NCBI RefSeq assembly: GCF_001194135.2
Contig: NC_068999.1
Location: forward strand, 19,738,342 to 19,775,256
Direction of reading: 5' to 3'
Source of the DNA: Octopus bimaculoides
Taxonomy: Eukaryota
DNA length: 36,915 nucleotides
The notes under the pieces were generated by a model. That model had not been told where the DNA came from. It was given only the letters and a program-made list of their open reading frames with translations, and ran no database searches. The translations under genes were made by a program, and so were the position numbers. Of this stretch, positions 1-10,554 are shown in pieces (position 1 is the stretch's first letter; each line of letters begins with the position of its first letter).

Positions 1-36
<36 letters not shown>
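1..36. repeat. (TA)n microsatellite
   Basis: Perfect TA dinucleotide run at the window start. Confidence 0.95.
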
Positions 37-37
<1 letters not shown>

Positions 38-334
38 ATCAAAGCAGTTACATTCAAATCTGTTGGTACACTTTTGTTTCATACATGTTGCTCGTCGTCT
101 GCCATTTCGAATCCGAATGCCAGGAGATGAGTGTTATTACAGCAAGGTAGGCTGCAATGGGATGAGGAAGGTCACTCGGTGTCATAGTTCGATGTGATAT
201 GGTTAACAGTTATTGGAATAATATTCCATGGCGACGAAGAAATTGACCACGTGGACGGCAGGAAATAAACCACGTTGCGATTAGAAACCGGTCAGGTTGT
301 TGGGGACGAGGAAGGGGTGGCATGTGGCGTGTGC

Positions 335-1337
335 AAGTATATAATTCTATATGTGGGTGTGTAGACGCGCTCATATAGTTTTCCATGCATATATATATTG
401 AAGTGAATGTGCGCATCTGTATAATAATTAAATTCACAGAATATGGACGTGTTATTGGTCTGTACTGGTGTGTATATTTTTTTCACTGGTAACGGTTTGA
501 TCGGACACTGACTGCACCTTCCTGGCAAACACTAATTCTTCTGGTGAGCTTCCTTCTGACACATTTGGGATCGGAGTTACCCTGTATCCCCTTAAGAATT
601 GTTGGATCGCGACCTCGTCCATGGGTTCTTTTCGTATAAGCTTTCTTTAAAGCCCACTTAAAAGTGTCCGTCCGGCCCTTCTATTCAATCTAGGATGATA
701 CGGTATTATTGTTTTATGTTCCTACGTGAACATCTCGCAGAATCTTTTAAACCCACAGGATATAAACAGTGTTCCGTTATCAAAGACAATTATATCTGGT
801 ACACCAAATCTTGTGAACTCCTCGTGTAAGAAGTTTATTGCCGTATACGAGGTTGGTGGTTTACATCTCGCAACCTCAGCCCCTTTTTTTGTAGCTGTCC
901 ACTACTATTAAGTAATAATATCCATCTACAGAGCCTGCAAAAATCGATTTGCAATGGGTCAATGGTATTTTCATTTCCGGCCAAGGTTCACATTTTTAGT
1001 AGGTAGTTTCGCTGCCAGCGCACAACCTTTGCAGTTTTTTTACCAGGTTTTCAACTTCCTTGTCCATACTTGCCCAGTTTACAGTGTGCAGAGATACTTG
1101 GGTGGCCCATATGAAACTCTTTTAGCATTCTCTTCGTAATGTCTGTGATATGACCACCCTCTGAGCGTACATAAATAGACCATCACATATAGAGTACACG
1201 TTCAGATATTGGCGTTTCTTTGCATTAGACTTTTCTTTATTTCCTTTTATCGACCACAATTTTCTTTTTGTATCATTAATAAATTTGTCATGTCTCGTGT
1301 TTCTTTTGATTGCTTCCAAGTTACAGGTAGTCCACAC
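335..1337 (-). pseudogene. Retrotransposon integrase remnant (H2C2 + rve core + C-terminal region)
   Basis: Recognisable motifs: HMGHPS, CKGC, IDFAG, VVDS, DNG, YHPR, FLRGYRVTP, SPEELVFARKV. A C-terminal segment reads DAHIHFNIYMHGK..YRIIYL. The frame is broken by frameshifts. Confidence 0.85.
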
Positions 1338-1429
1338 ACAATGTTCCAGATCTCTTTTTTGGATTCAGTTCATTGACCTCGTTCGATTGTTTCATTGGTC
1401 TGTTTACGCTATTGCAGAAAATGTTTATG

Positions 1430-1724
1430 GGTGAATCCCATAAATTTTATTTCTCCATAGATTCATGATTTTTTTCAACACTCAAGCAATCACTTCTCTG
1501 GTTCGACCTATCTGCATTATATTTCAAACACGTTCGCCAATGAAATATAATTTTCTTACCATAACACCGTACGCTATTTTGTTTGAAATATATGATTTTG
1601 GTTTACCCATTTGTTCCCATATTTTCTCGATTATGATTGTGATATCACTTCCGGTGTCTAGTTGCATTCTGACACTTGTGTTTTCAATTCTTACATTCCC
1701 GAATATTCTGTATGTTATAGTCAC
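1430..1724 (-). pseudogene. Retrotransposon aspartic protease remnant
   Basis: ORF 1524..1724 contains LDTGS (catalytic D at ~1656-1658). After a frameshift it continues as LWDSPINIFCN, a typical end for this domain. Confidence 0.85.
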
Positions 1725-1918
1725 AACTTATCCTGTTGACAAACTATCTTTTTTTCTTGTTTCTTCCATTTTTTTACCATTCAGTGCCATTTTATATGTC
1801 CTGTAAACCTGTAGCTTAAACACTTTGCTTTTTTATACAAAAGTCGTCGATAGAATGGTTCTATCTGGCATTGTACGACCCACAGTCCAACAGTGTTATT
1901 ATCCTCAAAAGGCTGGAT

Positions 1919-2086
1919 TGTTATAATGTCAAATCAGTATTACAGTATAATTACTATATTAGCACAGACACGGCTATCAAAACTGTCTACTCGTACTTCC
2001 GACCCTTCCCCTGTCGACGGGTTACTGGTCTATTTATAATGGCAAGATATAAACACTTTCTACCGGAACGGGCACACTATGCAACA
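1919..2086 (-). repeat. Candidate LTR of the gypsy element (~168 bp, TGT...ACA)
   Basis: Minus strand starts TGTTGCATAG, ends CATTATAACA and has an internal TATAAATAG. It lies directly upstream of the gag remnant. No second copy is visible in the window, so LTR status and orientation are inferred. Confidence 0.5.
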
Positions 2087-2192
2087 AATATTCAGATACA
2101 TACTCTACTTTCGAAATTTGAGACAACTGTATGAGTGCGTGTTATGTGTGCATGAGCCTGTATGCGTTTCTTTAATTGTTTTTGTATCGAGT

Positions 2193-2336
2193 GTGTGTGC
2201 ATTTGTGTGTGAGTGTGCGTGTGTGCGTGTATGTACGTAAGTGTGTGCATTTGTGTGTGAGTGCGTGTGTGTGTGTGTATGTACTAAAGTGTGTTCATTA
2301 GTGTGTGAGTCCGTGTGTGTGCGTGTGTGTGCGTGT
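2193..2336. repeat. 48-bp x3 minisatellite built from (GT)n
   Basis: Units start at 2193, 2241 and 2289, each approximately gtgtgtgcatttgtgtgtgagtg..gtgtatgtac..a; the third is more diverged. Confidence 0.8.
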
Positions 2337-3059
2337 GTACGTGTGTGCGTGTTTGTAATAAGTGTACTTGTTTTGATATCAGTAAATAATAATTTTACCT
2401 GCATTTATCCTTACCTTATTTCTCATTTCATCAGAATTTAAGAAATAACAAAGAAAATAACAGAAGTGTTATACATTTTGAAATCGTTTCTTACTAATCA
2501 GTGTCAAAGTGTATATTCTGTAGTACGCTGCTAACTTCCCCATGTCAATATATATTTCTATATGAAATTTTATTTGTTTACTATATCGAGTTTGCTAATA
2601 AGGCTTTTAAACACAATCAAAACATTTTGCTATTCAATCATAAATTTAAAGACATTGCAAATCATAAATTATAAATCTTATTATTTTTATTCTTGTTTGC
2701 ATTACGAACTTCATCGATTATGTTGTTTTCTTGATGATCTTGTTATAGTTGATGATGCTAGTATTAGTGCTGGTGGTGATGGGGTTGGTACTAATTTTTT
2801 TATTCATTAATGTGGTTATTGATTTAATGTAAGTAGTTGTAGTTTGGCGAGTGATGTTACTAATTCATAATTTCCATTAAAGTTCGAGATATGTTCAATT
2901 ATTGGAAATTGGGAAACAAGAAACGGAAAGTGTCTCGGGCAACAAAATATTTTAGAGGTCATTCTACCCATTGATAGATATTATATCTCGTTACCAATTT
3001 GCTTTGTTGCTTCCATTAATTACTCACTAACCAATCCCATCATTTAATAAAATTGTAAA

Positions 3060-3539
3060 TTACCCTAGTCGAGAACCTGGACTCATATCAAAAACGTTTA
3101 CAGTATATGCTGAAAATTTGGAAACAAAATAAAGGCAAAAAACCATGACAGTTGTGTTGTCATTATATTCATATGTATAAGAGTATTCGACTTTGGAACG
3201 TGTCCAAAAAAAAAACATCAATGCTTGCAATAGCCACATTACCATACTTGTTAATGAGATACTTACAATTTTAATACTGGTTTTAAAGCTATTAAGAAAA
3301 GATAATATATCAAAGTTAGAGACTTGATAATAATCTGTCATTTCAAGAACATTCTGCAACGTGGTATTATAATTTCCCAAAGAAGAATTCTGCACACTAT
3401 TGCACAATTCCGAAGAACGTGTACACAAATATCTGTGAAATGTACAGCTTACCATCACAAACCAAGGACAATATAGATGATACATATATGCAGATTTAAA
3501 GCAAACAAGCAAAAGAAAAAAAAACGATAAAATTGTCAC
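3060..3539 (-). CDS. Unassigned 159-aa hydrophobic ORF (possibly spurious)
   Basis: One of the longest gap-free ORFs outside the recognised TEs. It has a hydrophobic N-terminus, NSS/NTT sequons and later hydrophobic stretches, but starts at GTG, contains poly-T-derived Phe runs and has no recognisable conserved motif. Confidence 0.15.
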   Translation of the reverse strand: MTILSFFFLLLVCFKSAYMYHLYCPWFVMVSCTFHRYLCTRSSELCNSVQNSSLGNYNTTLQNVLEMTDYYQVSNFDILSFLNSFKTSIKIVSISLTSMVMWLLQALMFFFWTRSKVEYSYTYEYNDNTTVMVFCLYFVSKFSAYTVNVFDMSPGSRLG

Positions 3540-4217
3540 GTATTCAATAGTACTAGCTAGATGTCTCGTCCATCACGTCTAACGTAGCACTGATCAACAA
3601 CGGCATCAACGAAAGCAACACACAAACAACAACAGAAATAACATCAGGTTATTATTTAGTGAAATATTGAAAGTTGTAGAAAAATCTAAGCGAAAAAGAA
3701 ATTAAAATAAAACATTAATCTGAGCGCTCTTCTTTCAGAGAATTTTGAAATGGCAACAAATAAACAAGTAAAAACAAAAACAGTATAATAATATAGTGTG
3801 TCATCAGAAATATACAATAGGCAAAGAATTTATACAAATAAAAGCCTCGATGTAATGATTACTAGTACGTGAAAAATCTTCAAACTCGGTTTCTAAAGAA
3901 CAATTTATGCATGAATTGGCAGACTTTGCTTCTGTTTATACTGAAAGTATGTTAAATCATGTGGCAAAAAGGACAGAAAAAATGATGCGTTGGTAAAATT
4001 CTTCATTTTATTTCTTTTTTGTTTCTTTCTACTTGTTTATAAACATGTAAACAAACCATTCGTTACGTTTCAATTTTAGATGCAATAACATTCGAAAAAT
4101 CAATTTCACATACACACGTTTGTATTGTTGTTTCTTTTTTTTTTATTTTCTTTGAGTATTCGATTTAATCAAAAGCAAACATATAATCACACATAAACAG
4201 ACAAGTGAATTATACGT

Positions 4218-4248
<31 letters not shown>

Positions 4249-5236
4249 NNNNNNNNNNNNNNNNNNNNNNNNNNNNNNNNNNNNNNNNNNNNNNNNNNNN
4301 NNNNNNNNNNNNNNNNNNNNNNNNNNNNNNNNNNNNNNNNNNNNNNNNNNNNNNNNNNNNNNNNNNNNNNNNNNNNNNNNNNNNNNNNNNNNNNNNNNNN
4401 NNNNNNNNNNNNNNNNNNNNNNNNNNNNNNNNNNNNNNNNNNNNNNNNNNNNNNNNNNNNNNNNNNNNNNNNNNNNNNNNNNNNNNNNNNNNNNNNNNNN
4501 NNNNNNNNNNNNNNNNNNNNNNNNNNNNNNNNNNNNNNNNNNNNNNNNNNNNNNNNNNNNNNNNNNNNNNNNNNNNNNNNNNNNNNNNNNNNNNNNNNNN
4601 NNNNNNNNNNNNNNNNNNNNNNNNNNNNNNNNNNNNNNNNNNNNNNNNNNNNNNNNNNNNNNNNNNNNNNNNNNNNNNNNNNNNNNNNNNNNNNNNNNNN
4701 NNNNNNNNNNNNNNNNNNNNNNNNNNNNNNNNNNNNNNNNNNNNNNNNNNNNNNNNNNNNNNNNNNNNNNNNNNNNNNNNNNNNNNNNNNNNNNNNNNNN
4801 NNNNNNNNNNNNNNNNNNNNNNNNNNNNNNNNNNNNNNNNNNNNNNNNNNNNNNNNNNNNNNNNNNNNNNNNNNNNNNNNNNNNNNNNNNNNNNNNNNNN
4901 NNNNNNNNNNNNNNNNNNNNNNNNNNNNNNNNNNNNNNNNNNNNNNNNNNNNNNNNNNNNNNNNNNNNNNNNNNNNNNNNNNNNNNNNNNNNNNNNNNNN
5001 NNNNNNNNNNNNNNNNNNNNNNNNNNNNNNNNNNNNNNNNNNNNNNNNNNNNNNNNNNNNNNNNNNNNNNNNNNNNNNNNNNNNNNNNNNNNNNNNNNNN
5101 NNNNNNNNNNNNNNNNNNNNNNNNNNNNNNNNNNNNNNNNNNNNNNNNNNNNNNNNNNNNNNNNNNNNNNNNNNNNNNNNNNNNNNNNNNNNNNNNNNNN
5201 NNNNNNNNNNNNNNNNNNNNNNNNNNNNNNNNNNNN
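4249..5236. other. Assembly gap (N run) flanked by (TA)n
   Basis: N run with TA repeats on both sides. Confidence 0.97.
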
Positions 5237-5570
5237 TATATATATATATATATATATTTGTATGCTTGACATACCTATAGGTATGTATGTATTTATGGAC
5301 GTAAGCATGTATATACTCGGATTATATATATGTTTCGCTTAGATACGCAAATAAGGAAAGGGTTTCAATAGGAAGTAATATTTCAACGTAATTCTAATGT
5401 TCAAATTTTACCTTACATTTCAGACACAACAGTTCCGTATACTTGTCTGTTTACGGTTTGTTCGTAGATGTGTACGGAATGAAACATACATACATATGCT
5501 CATCCAACCACGAATATATCTAAGCACAAGCGCACACATATCTATACACACACACACACACACACACACA

Positions 5571-5659
5571 TATTTACATTTGCGTGTTTGTTGGCTGTTT
5601 ATATATGTGTCTGTGGGAATGTGCATATAGAGAAATAGGTATCCATATACCCAAATGGA

Positions 5660-5697
<38 letters not shown>

Positions 5698-6031
5698 CGT
5701 GTGTGCATGTATATTTTTTTACTCTTTTACTTGTTTCAGTCATTTGACTGCGGCTATGCTGGAGCAACGCATTTAATCGAGCAAATCATCCCCGGGAATT
5801 ATTATTTGTAAGCGTAGTACTTATTGTATCGGTCCATTTTGCTGAACCGCTATGTTACGGGGATGTAAACACAGCAGCAACGGTCGTCAAGCGATATTGG
5901 GGGGACAAACACAGACACACAAACACACACACACACACATATTTACATTTGCGTGTTTGTTGGCTGTTTATATATGTGTCTGTGGGAATGTGCATATAGA
6001 GAAATAGGTATCCATATACCCAAATGGATGC
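5571..6031 (+). repeat. 92-bp identical direct repeat (5571-5662 and 5940-6031)
   Basis: tatttacatttgcgtg...cccaaatggatgc occurs twice, 369 bp apart. Each copy is preceded by (CA)n and followed by (GT)n. Confidence 0.9.
5722..5938 (-). mobile_element. SINE 3' half (octopus-type tRNA-derived family)
   Basis: ttgtttcagtcatttgactgcggctatgctggagc...aaccgctatgttacggggatgtaaacac...gtcaagcgat. It is the reverse complement of the SINE body at 13520-13750. Confidence 0.8.
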
Positions 6032-6052
6032 GTGTGTGTGTGTGTGTGTGTG

Positions 6053-6450
6053 NNNNNNNNNNNNNNNNNNNNNNNNNNNNNNNNNNNNNNNNNNNNNNNN
6101 NNNNNNNNNNNNNNNNNNNNNNNNNNNNNNNNNNNNNNNNNNNNNNNNNNNNNNNNNNNNNNNNNNNNNNNNNNNNNNNNNNNNNNNNNNNNNNNNNNNN
6201 NNNNNNNNNNNNNNNNNNNNNNNNNNNNNNNNNNNNNNNNNNNNNNNNNNNNNNNNNNNNNNNNNNNNNNNNNNNNNNNNNNNNNNNNNNNNNNNNNNNN
6301 NNNNNNNNNNNNNNNNNNNNNNNNNNNNNNNNNNNNNNNNNNNNNNNNNNNNNNNNNNNNNNNNNNNNNNNNNNNNNNNNNNNNNNNNNNNNNNNNNNNN
6401 NNNNNNNNNNNNNNNNNNNNNNNNNNNNNNNNNNNNNNNNNNNNNNNNNN
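6053..6450. other. Assembly gap (N run)
   Basis: N run following (GT)n. Confidence 0.97.
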
Positions 6451-6469
6451 TGTGTTCACGGTTACTTTC

Positions 6470-6570
6470 TCAGAGCAAATCTCTCCCAGGTTAACTTAGC
6501 CCTTCATCCTTTCGTGATCGATAAAATGAGTCGTATTCAAGTAAAGAGTTGGATGTAATCGACTTATTTT
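6470..6570 (+). mobile_element. SINE fragment
   Basis: cccttcatcctttcgtgatcgataaaatgagt...gatgtaatcgactta matches the other copies (reverse complement of 14330-14400, 20720-20790 and 30845-30910). Confidence 0.65.
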
Positions 6571-6665
6571 CTTCTTAATGATTATTGGTCCGGTGCCAAA
6601 ATAGAACTGAAAAATTTATTTCAAATCTTCATATTATTTTAATGATTATTACGCTTTAAAATTTG

Positions 6666-6742
6666 TCGTTGTTGTTGTTGTTGTTGTTGTTGGTGGTGGT
6701 GGTGATGTGTTTTGCATGATGGTGGTGGTGGTGGTGGTGGTA
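6666..6742. repeat. (GTT)n(GGT)n microsatellite
   Basis: Direct reading; an (ATC)n run also occurs at ~6873-6903. Confidence 0.9.
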
Positions 6743-7536
6743 GTACTGAGAATGTGGTTGATGGAGAACAAATTTCTGAGCTACATTACGTTTTTACACT
6801 GCAAACACACGAGTTTCATGCTGTTATTATTCCTCCCACAGACGCACACACTCTATCTTGCCCACGCCTGAACATTATCATCATCATCATCATCATCAAC
6901 ATCAGCATGAACATTGTCTTCATCATTGCTACAGCAATCCTTTATATTTTTCATTTATTTATTGTTGTTAATGATAATTAGGATTTGGCACAATATATGG
7001 AGATGAGGAAGTCGACGAGGAAAGTAGCAGGACAATGGAAGGAGGGGGTGAATGTAATTTTCATGATTTATGATATCAAATTTCTTTATTAGAAAAGTAA
7101 GCTACGTTGTTTTCTTTCTAACTATTAATATATATTAAATTCATTGAAAGGTGAAACTTACTTTCCCTACAGCATCGTCCATCATATGTAACTTTGTCAC
7201 TGAGTTGATTTCAGCTCGATTTCATTGTATTTTGTAATTATTTCTTATTATTTAATTTTCTTGTTATATTTCTTTTAGTTAAATATCGTTTTCTAATTTG
7301 TCCATGGCTTTTATTTATTTATATATTTGTTTATACATTTATCAATTATATTTGTTTAAGAAAGAAATTGTTGAAATTGTTTTGAAGAAGTACACACATA
7401 GAGAAACAAAAATATATTGTTTCTTAATCTTTTCTTTACCGTTTTGTGAAATGTGGAATAAATATACTTAAAATTACTTGTCAGATATTTATTGGAAGGT
7501 GTCTGAATTCCAAAATATATTATACAATTATTATTT

Positions 7537-8226
7537 AAAAACATTATAAAGGTTGATTTGGAACAATAAACAGAGAATTTCATTGTTTGCTTTCTTGCCT
7601 GTTTCTCTTTCTTTAGTTCCCAAGTTCAATCCTTACCCTAGTTCCCAAGTTCAATCCTTACCTATTGCTTCTTCCCTTTTAATCCTCTTCAGTAGGTTTC
7701 ACTCATATCTCCAAGCGTTCTACTGCCCAAACGCTCCGACTTATGTAGGACATGAAGAATTCTAACTAAAGTTAGTAGAATGCAGAATATGCTAGTCTCC
7801 TATACAACCGTCGTTGTATATTGACTATTCCACTTTAATAAATTGACAATTATGTGAAAACATGGGCAGCTGATTTTAATCGAACACTACACCCCAATTC
7901 ATAAAAGTCGGCCTGTTATTCATAGCCTTATAAACTGAATGAAATTCTTTTCAATCCCTCGACTTTCATGACGCGCCTGACATAAAAATCAGGCTTGTTG
8001 CTATGTCATTAATTTTAGCGTTTTCTAATCTCCGCATTCCAAGTGTTTCGGGCAGCAGAACGCTTGGAGATATGACTGAAACCTATTGAGACAAGTTAAA
8101 AGGGAAGAAGCAATATTCAACTAGGATAAGAATTGAAATAAGGAACTACAGAAAGAGAAACAGGCAAGTAAGCAAACAATGAAATTTTCTGTTAATTGTT
8201 CCAAACTAAACTTTATAAGGTTTTTT
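7537..8226. repeat. Long inverted repeat: ~190-200 bp arms (7537-7735, 8041-8226) with ~305 bp spacer; possible MITE/fold-back element
   Basis: The reverse complement of the right arm aligns to the left arm (ttggaacaa..aatttcattgtttgct..cttgcctgtttctctttct..tattgcttcttccctttta..taggtttca.tcatatctccaagcgttct.ctgccc), roughly 80-85% identical by eye. Confidence 0.85.
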
Positions 8227-8649
8227 GCGATATACTTATTATGGTGTTATAATTTTCTTCGTTTTAAACCCTACACCACCATCTGTTAATTATCAAACAC
8301 CAGATAAAAGTATAAATGGAGTGAATACGTTCAACTACCAGTATTGGGTTTTAGCTGGAAATATTATTTTGAGTTTATTGATCTTAATCACGCTGTTTGT
8401 ACCATTATCTTTCAAAAATGCATACATTTTAAAATATTTAGTTTCCACTGGACTAATAAATAATACACCTATATGTAATGTAGATTTCATTCGTACAAGT
8501 TTACTAGTTCTCATCAGACAATAAATGGGTGTCCTTAAAATTCTTCGAATCCCCTACGACACCTCTTCATTAATACTAACGTCTACTCTAACTGATTACG
8601 AATCATTTAAATAGTTTATCGCTTCGCTAAATTCCACCAGCTTGAGAAA

Positions 8650-8920
8650 TCCGCAATGAATCCTTTCTGTTGGAGACAATGCACTCATGTAAAAAGTTAT
8701 TTCTGAAAAAAACAAAGTGTCGCTGCTGCTTGATCTAAGCCAATTTAACACTGAGATCTATCTGATTGATATCCAGTACCTTGACTTCATGAGACTGACA
8801 ACCAATTCTCCAAACATCATACAAGAATAGATGTACATACACAACTGGGCAGCGGTACAATGATAATTGGGTATGAATGAAAGATGCCAAAATCTGTAAT
8901 TACGCGGATCTTATATTGCA
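8650..8920 (+). mobile_element. Possible highly decayed CR1/L2-type reverse transcriptase relic
   Basis: Translation shows KVISEKNKVSLLLDLSQFNT (cf. VSLLVLLDLSAAFDT) and KICNYADL (cf. YADD), in the correct order but closer together than in intact RTs. Confidence 0.3.
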
Positions 8921-9205
8921 TTACACTTACTATTGTAAGCCTTAGTATCCGCTACATGAAACCGTATCTCTTATTTTCCTGATAATTATCCTGTATTAGT
9001 CACATATATTTCCTAGAGTTGTACTCTCTGATGATTATGCGAACCTATTCTGGTATGTTGTCTCTCCTTCCTGGTCTGATTAAAACAGGGAAGAAATTGA
9101 TTTCGTTGGAAGAATTGTTAAACTCCCTTAATTAAGAACAGTCATTGACCTTATTCGTGATCAGGACAATTAAGACAAGCATTGTGCATTCATCGGTTTT
9201 AGATA

Positions 9206-9497
9206 TACGAGAGAGTATCCAAAAGAAACAAGAATTTTGCAATATAATTTTATTAACTTAGTTTTACATGTTTATACTTTCATTGCCTTCAAAGTATTCT
9301 CCATTTGAAGAAATGCATCGATCCAGATGCGTTTCCTACTGTTCGAAGCAATTCAGGAACTCTTGAGAAGTGATGCATTTTAATGCCTCACTCGATTTTT
9401 GCTTCACCTCTCACACATCTGCAAGTCGTTTTCCTTTCAGGACTTTTTGCATTCGGAGGAATAAATAAATTCCCAGGGAGCAACATCGTGTTTCCGT
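9206..9497 (-). mobile_element. Mariner-family transposon 3' end (transposase C-terminus + TIR)
   Basis: Minus translation DVAP..YLFLRMQKVLKGKRLADV*EVKQKSSEALKCITSQEFLNCFEQ*ETHLDRCISSNGEYFEGN matches the mariner C-terminus. It ends in a TIR-like tacgagagagtatccaaaagaaacaagaattt at 9206, preceded by TA. Confidence 0.85.
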
Positions 9498-9952
9498 GAA
9501 ATGTAAGATAATAAATGTGCATCTTTCTATTCATGCATGGTATTCAGAAACAGATCCAAGGGCAAACCGGAAGTGCTAGTATATTGGTGAGAAAGATCAC
9601 AGTAAAATACATAGAAATACAACCTGATAGGATGCTACCTATTTAATAGATAGAGAGTAGAAGAATGAGCCCATATTTTGACAGGCATCCTGGGACTTTC
9701 GTGTGCCAGCAATAACTGAAACCCCTGTTTATATCGAAGAAAGTAAGCAATAGTTTGCTGTTACTAAATTTGGGATTGACATCGAAGCGTAAATTCCCAG
9801 TATATGTGGAATTTTTTAAAAAAATGAGAATATAGGCATAATACGAGAAACATTTGAAGATTCAATAAGGTGAAGAAAGTTGTGCTAATAGATTTCTCCG
9901 TCAATCTTGAGAATGTGGAAGTGTGTGCGACAAAGGAGAAGAAAAGGCAGAT

Positions 9953-9954
<2 letters not shown>

Positions 9955-9992
<38 letters not shown>
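9955..9992. repeat. (AG)n microsatellite
   Basis: Direct reading. Confidence 0.95.
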
Positions 9993-9996
<4 letters not shown>

Positions 9997-10496
9997 TGCG
10001 TGAATGCCAAAAATGGCTAATGCATATCGGTGCTACCTATTGTGGTCCTTATTTTAGGATTGATATATTTTAATGTCTAACCACCTTCTTGATATGAGGC
10101 GATAGAAGTTATTTTCTCACATTCCACCATTGAGTGTTTGATTACGAATATGTTTCAGTAGATTATATCACCTTGATAGCATATTCATTTAATGAATGGG
10201 GTGTGTCGGATGGTGCAAATGGGCCAGTGAAGCCGGAGACGTTCTTTGAAAGATTACTAAACTCATATTCATTTATGAGGATTGTCGACCTGATTATAAG
10301 GAGATTACGAAAATTGATGCACATCCTGCAGAATAAGGATCACAAAGGCGAGCATGTGTGTATGCGTGTGTGTGTACGCTCGCACGGGCGTCTGTGTGTG
10401 ACAGTCGCATACAGGAGTACCCCTGGTTATCTTGTTTCCCTTCTATGACGGATTTGCATCATTGGCCAGGCACTAATACAACTGCTACTGATGCTG

Positions 10497-10498
10497 CA

Positions 10499-10554
<56 letters not shown>
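10497..10554. repeat. (ACT)n microsatellite
   Basis: Direct reading. Confidence 0.95.

Larger units (their letters stand above)
335..2086 (-). mobile_element. Degenerate, internally deleted Ty3/gypsy (K02A2.6-like) LTR retrotransposon
   Basis: Minus-strand translation gives, in order: a decayed gag zinc knuckle (KCLSYRFTGHIKWH*, ~1780-1850), an aspartic protease (VRMQLDTGSDITII), then LPVT/LEAIK, an integrase Zn-binding region (RVVISQTL..KRMLKEFHMGHPSI..WASMDKEVENLVKK..CKGC) and the rve core (IDFAG..YYYLIVVDS..FTRFGVPDIIVFDNGTLF..YHPR). Stops and frameshifts are numerous. Confidence 0.9.

Noticed and set aside
190-270. EEIDHVDGRK resembling an HNH endonuclease motif
   Set aside because: It is flanked by stops, lacks the downstream N/H residues in register, and is too short to exceed chance.
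1320-1365. PKKRSGTLCVDY resembling the gypsy RT motif
   Set aside because: The overlapping frame (LPVT, then LEAIK..DKFI) fits the pre-integrase linker and continues into integrase; no further RT motifs follow.
4187-6558. Long ORFs (155-373 aa) in the ORF track
   Set aside because: They are open only because they run through N gaps and dinucleotide repeats.
8480-8522. Minus-strand CTGATGA...GAAA as a second hammerhead
   Set aside because: No stem II pairing between the boxes.
10134-10448. 104-aa plus ORF, and RMCINFRNL on the minus strand
   Set aside because: No recognisable domain continues beyond the short motif, and the ORF ends in GT-repeat sequence.
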